A stretch of DNA of 1,518 nucleotides from Naegleria gruberi (lineage: Eukaryota): assembly GCA_000004985.1 (NCBI GenBank), contig GG739396.1; one strand, given 5' to 3'. A program made the position numbers and the translations under genes. How positions within the stretch are numbered: position 1 is the first letter of the stretch; every line of letters begins with the position of its first letter. Under the pieces are notes generated by a model. It had not been told where the DNA came from. It did not search any database and saw nothing but the letters and a program-made list of their open reading frames with translations. Below, piece after piece: positions 1 through 1,518 of the stretch.

Positions 1-40
1 CATCAGGTAAAATCACTTCCGAACATTTCCCTATTGTTTA

Positions 41-235
41 TCATGATGATAGGTACATGTATATTTTCAACATGTACATGGACCATATCTCAACATGTAC
101 TTCACCAACTTGAAAAATGTCTTTCATCACTACTATTCAAATACATAATAAACAATATATTTATTATCAGTTTTTCATCATTTTGTGTTTTTGCCAACTT
201 CGGGTTATTCATGGTCACCAATCATGATTCATGCC
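41..235 (+). repeat. Left arm of the long inverted repeat (5' TIR)
   Basis: Reverse-complement match to 1049..1246. Identity is highest in 48..170 and decays towards the inner end near 235. Confidence 0.8.
52..103. repeat. Sub-terminal direct repeats with a palindromic ACATGTAC core, three copies per arm; mirror set at 1182..1233
   Basis: Left arm: ggtacatgta (52..61), tcaacatgtacatgg (67..81) and tcaacatgtacttc (90..103), spaced about 15-23 bp apart. Right arm: gtacatgttga, ccatgtac and acatgtacc at 1184..1233. The ACATGT and GTAC cores are each their own reverse complement. Confidence 0.55.
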
Positions 236-581
236 AAAAGTACACAGCCAATCATCTTGAAACATTAGTAAACTTTTATTAGTACTATTGTAGATGTACC
301 ATATCAATTATTTCGTCTTGTTTCGTTGAAATCATGAAGATTTTGATTTTTCTGTTTTTAATTAAATTTCACATCACCTACATTTCTCCTATGATGAAAA
401 GTAAATAGGAAGGATGTAAGCAATACATAGTCGATACTCTATTCATTGTTTGCTGTTTTATGGTGTATTCGAGATTTTGAAATTTTGAGAAATATCCAGA
501 GGTAATTCACCAAATAATTATAATTCCTCTTTAAATGAAATGAGGAGGGATTCATGCTATGATTATTTGGAAGAGCCACAT

Positions 582-681
582 AGATTTTGGATACTATCTG
601 AACTGAAATGAGGTAGAAAGATTTGGATACTATCTGAACTGAAATTAGAAAGATAGATTTGGATACTATCTGAACTGAAAT
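582..681. repeat. Tandem direct repeat, three copies of a unit of about 27 bp (agattt(t)ggatactatctgaactgaaat) with 9-bp linkers, period 36-37 bp
   Basis: Copies at 582..609 (one extra T), 619..645 and 655..681 are identical apart from the extra T. Linkers are gaggtagaa and tagaaagat. A possible partial upstream unit, tgaaatgagg (537..546), echoes the junction tgaaatgagg at 603..612. Confidence 0.85.
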
Positions 682-1048
682 TGAGATATTGAAATAATAA
701 ATTGTACAGAGAGAGAATATATTACTGGGAATCTATCTTCTTCTAATGAATGTTTTTCATCCCTTATTCATTGAATAAAATAGTAAAGTATCACAAATAT
801 TAAAAGTAATATATCCAATAGTGAAAATTACAGTAAAAGATAATTATCTGGTAGAGAATGGATAAATGACATGCTATTCGTGATGTTTCAGTGAGAATTC
901 AATATCCACATCATGAGAAAAACAATAAAAACATGAAAATATCAGCATCATGATTTTCACAAATCATGCTACAAGACTTGAAATTATACATTTAATAACA
1001 TAATAAACATTATGAATTGTTGTTTTATTGTTGTTTGATTTGTAATTG

Positions 1049-1246
1049 GGCTATGAATCAACTCTGGTAGCATGAAATATCGGAACTTGGTAAATTGACA
1101 ACATGATGAAAATCTGATAATAAATATGATGTTTATTATCTATTTAAATAGTAGTACTAAAAGACATGATTCAAGTTGGTGAAGTACATGTTGAGTTATG
1201 GTCCATGTACTTTTTCAAAATTCACATGTACCTATCCCTATCATAA
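1049..1246 (-). repeat. Right arm of the long inverted repeat (3' TIR)
   Basis: Reverse complement of 41..235. Examples: caagttggtgaagtacatgttgagttatggtccatgtac (1172..1210) against gtacatggaccatatctcaacatgtacttcaccaacttg (73..111); tagtactactatttaaatagataataaaca in rc against catcactactattcaaatacataataaaca (126..154). Confidence 0.8.
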
Positions 1247-1442
1247 CTTGACCAAAATTGATCAGAGAAAGTTCTCCTACCTACTATTGACCATTCCGAA
1301 CAATGCTACATTGACAGTTTTCCAACTTGTCCAGTAGATCAAGCAGTGATGATGAATTTAGTGAAAATTTTGACATTTCACCAAAATTACAATACTAAAA
1401 ATTAATTTCCACAAATACTATTATTAATATTGATGGAAAACA

Positions 1443-1518
1443 ATAATGATGATGGTTGGTGGAATGATCGGATGATGGAACACCAACTTGAGATTTTCCA
1501 TCAGAAAAATAATCCACT
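1443..1518 (+). repeat. Degenerate partial third copy of the arm repeat, in direct orientation relative to the left arm and truncated by the window end
   Basis: aatgatgatggttgg...caccaacttgagattttccatcag parallels the left arm tcatgatgatagg...caccaacttgaaaaatgtctttcatcac (41..129). They share atgatgat(a/g)gg and the 11-mer caccaacttga (103..113 against 1482..1492), but the segment between them is shorter, about 33 bp instead of about 58 bp. Confidence 0.35.

Larger units (their letters stand above)
41..1246. mobile_element. Putative non-autonomous DNA element of about 1.2 kb with long terminal inverted repeats (foldback-like or MITE-like), bounded by arms of about 195 bp and with a non-coding interior
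   Basis: Seen directly: 41..235 is the reverse complement of 1049..1246. Hand alignment shows 48..60 = rc(1225..1237) at 13/13, and 73..111 = rc(1173..1211) at 38/39. Similarity of about 80-85% continues inward to gattcatgcc (226..235) against rc ggctatgaatc (1049..1059). No ORF in the interior could encode a transposase. Boundaries are fuzzy by about 5 bp and no clean target-site duplication could be identified. Confidence 0.6.

Noticed and set aside
34-282. 82-aa ORF on the plus strand, the only ORF on the track
   Set aside because: It starts inside the left inverted-repeat arm and runs through AT-rich, low-complexity sequence. The predicted protein is rich in I/F/N/S/C with no recognisable domain, motif or signal. 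There is no RBS or Kozak-like context I can defend, and one ORF of this length is expected by chance in 1.5 kb at this composition. It is not a transposase fragment that I can recognise.
582-681. Could the tandem repeats be a CRISPR array?
   Set aside because: The repeats are 27 bp, but the spacers are only 9 bp and resemble one another (gaggtagaa and tagaaagat). Genuine CRISPR spacers are at least about 26 bp and unique. This is a mini-satellite.
949-968. Hairpin catgatt-ttcaca-aatcatg (7-bp stem)
   Set aside because: It is a short AT-rich stem with no flanking T-tract or coding context. CATGA-type strings are over-represented throughout the window, so a chance dyad is likely.
1016-1048. 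T/G-rich low-complexity run (attgttgttttattgttgtttgatttgtaatt), an imperfect (TTG/TTGT)n
   Set aside because: It is a degenerate microsatellite with no clear unit and about 30 bp long. It is probably slippage debris at the inner edge of the right arm.
1095-1100. Bacterial-type -35 hexamers TTGACA at 1095..1100, 1311..1316 and 1370..1375, each with a weak A/T-rich -10-like hexamer about 17 bp downstream
   Set aside because: The -10 matches are only 3-4 of 6, no ORF follows any of them, and such hexamers are frequent by chance in sequence at about 70% A+T. The window does not look prokaryotic.
1141-1159. Perfect palindromes tatttaaata (1141..1150) and tagtacta (1152..1159, also at 280..287), and tttaattaaa (357..366)
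   Set aside because: These are A/T-only or near-A/T self-complementary decamers, expected at this composition. The 1141..1159 ones lie inside the right arm and are already explained by it.
1-1518. tRNA, rRNA, ncRNA genes or any protein-coding system
   Set aside because: There is no GC-rich segment that could form a cloverleaf or conserved rRNA stem, and no ORF beyond the spurious 82-aa one on either strand. The window appears to consist entirely of repeats and AT-rich spacer.

Overview
This is an AT-rich (about 70% A+T by eye), essentially non-coding window. The only ORF on the six-frame track (34..282, 82 aa) is low-complexity, overlaps a repeat arm and is most likely spurious. The main feature is a pair of long inverted repeats: 41..235 is the reverse complement of 1049..1246. 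Hand alignment gives about 85% identity, and the best segment (73..111 versus 1173..1211) matches 38 of 39. This is the architecture of a non-autonomous DNA transposon of about 1.2 kb with long terminal inverted repeats (foldback-like or MITE-like), with an interior of about 810 bp and no transposase ORF. Each arm carries three sub-terminal copies of a palindromic ACATGTAC core. The interior holds a three-copy tandem repeat with a 36-37 bp period (582..681), several small AT-rich hairpins and T/G-rich low-complexity tracts. Outside the element, the flanks share a direct repeat (ccaYttccgaaca at 11..25 and 1290..1302). The last 75 bp (1443..1518) look like a degenerate third copy of the arm, truncated by the window edge. 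I see no tRNA, rRNA, CRISPR array or credible protein-coding gene. The composition and lack of ORFs point to eukaryotic intergenic or intronic DNA, or another AT-rich non-coding region, rather than a gene-dense prokaryotic locus. I cannot name the host or the repeat family from sequence alone.
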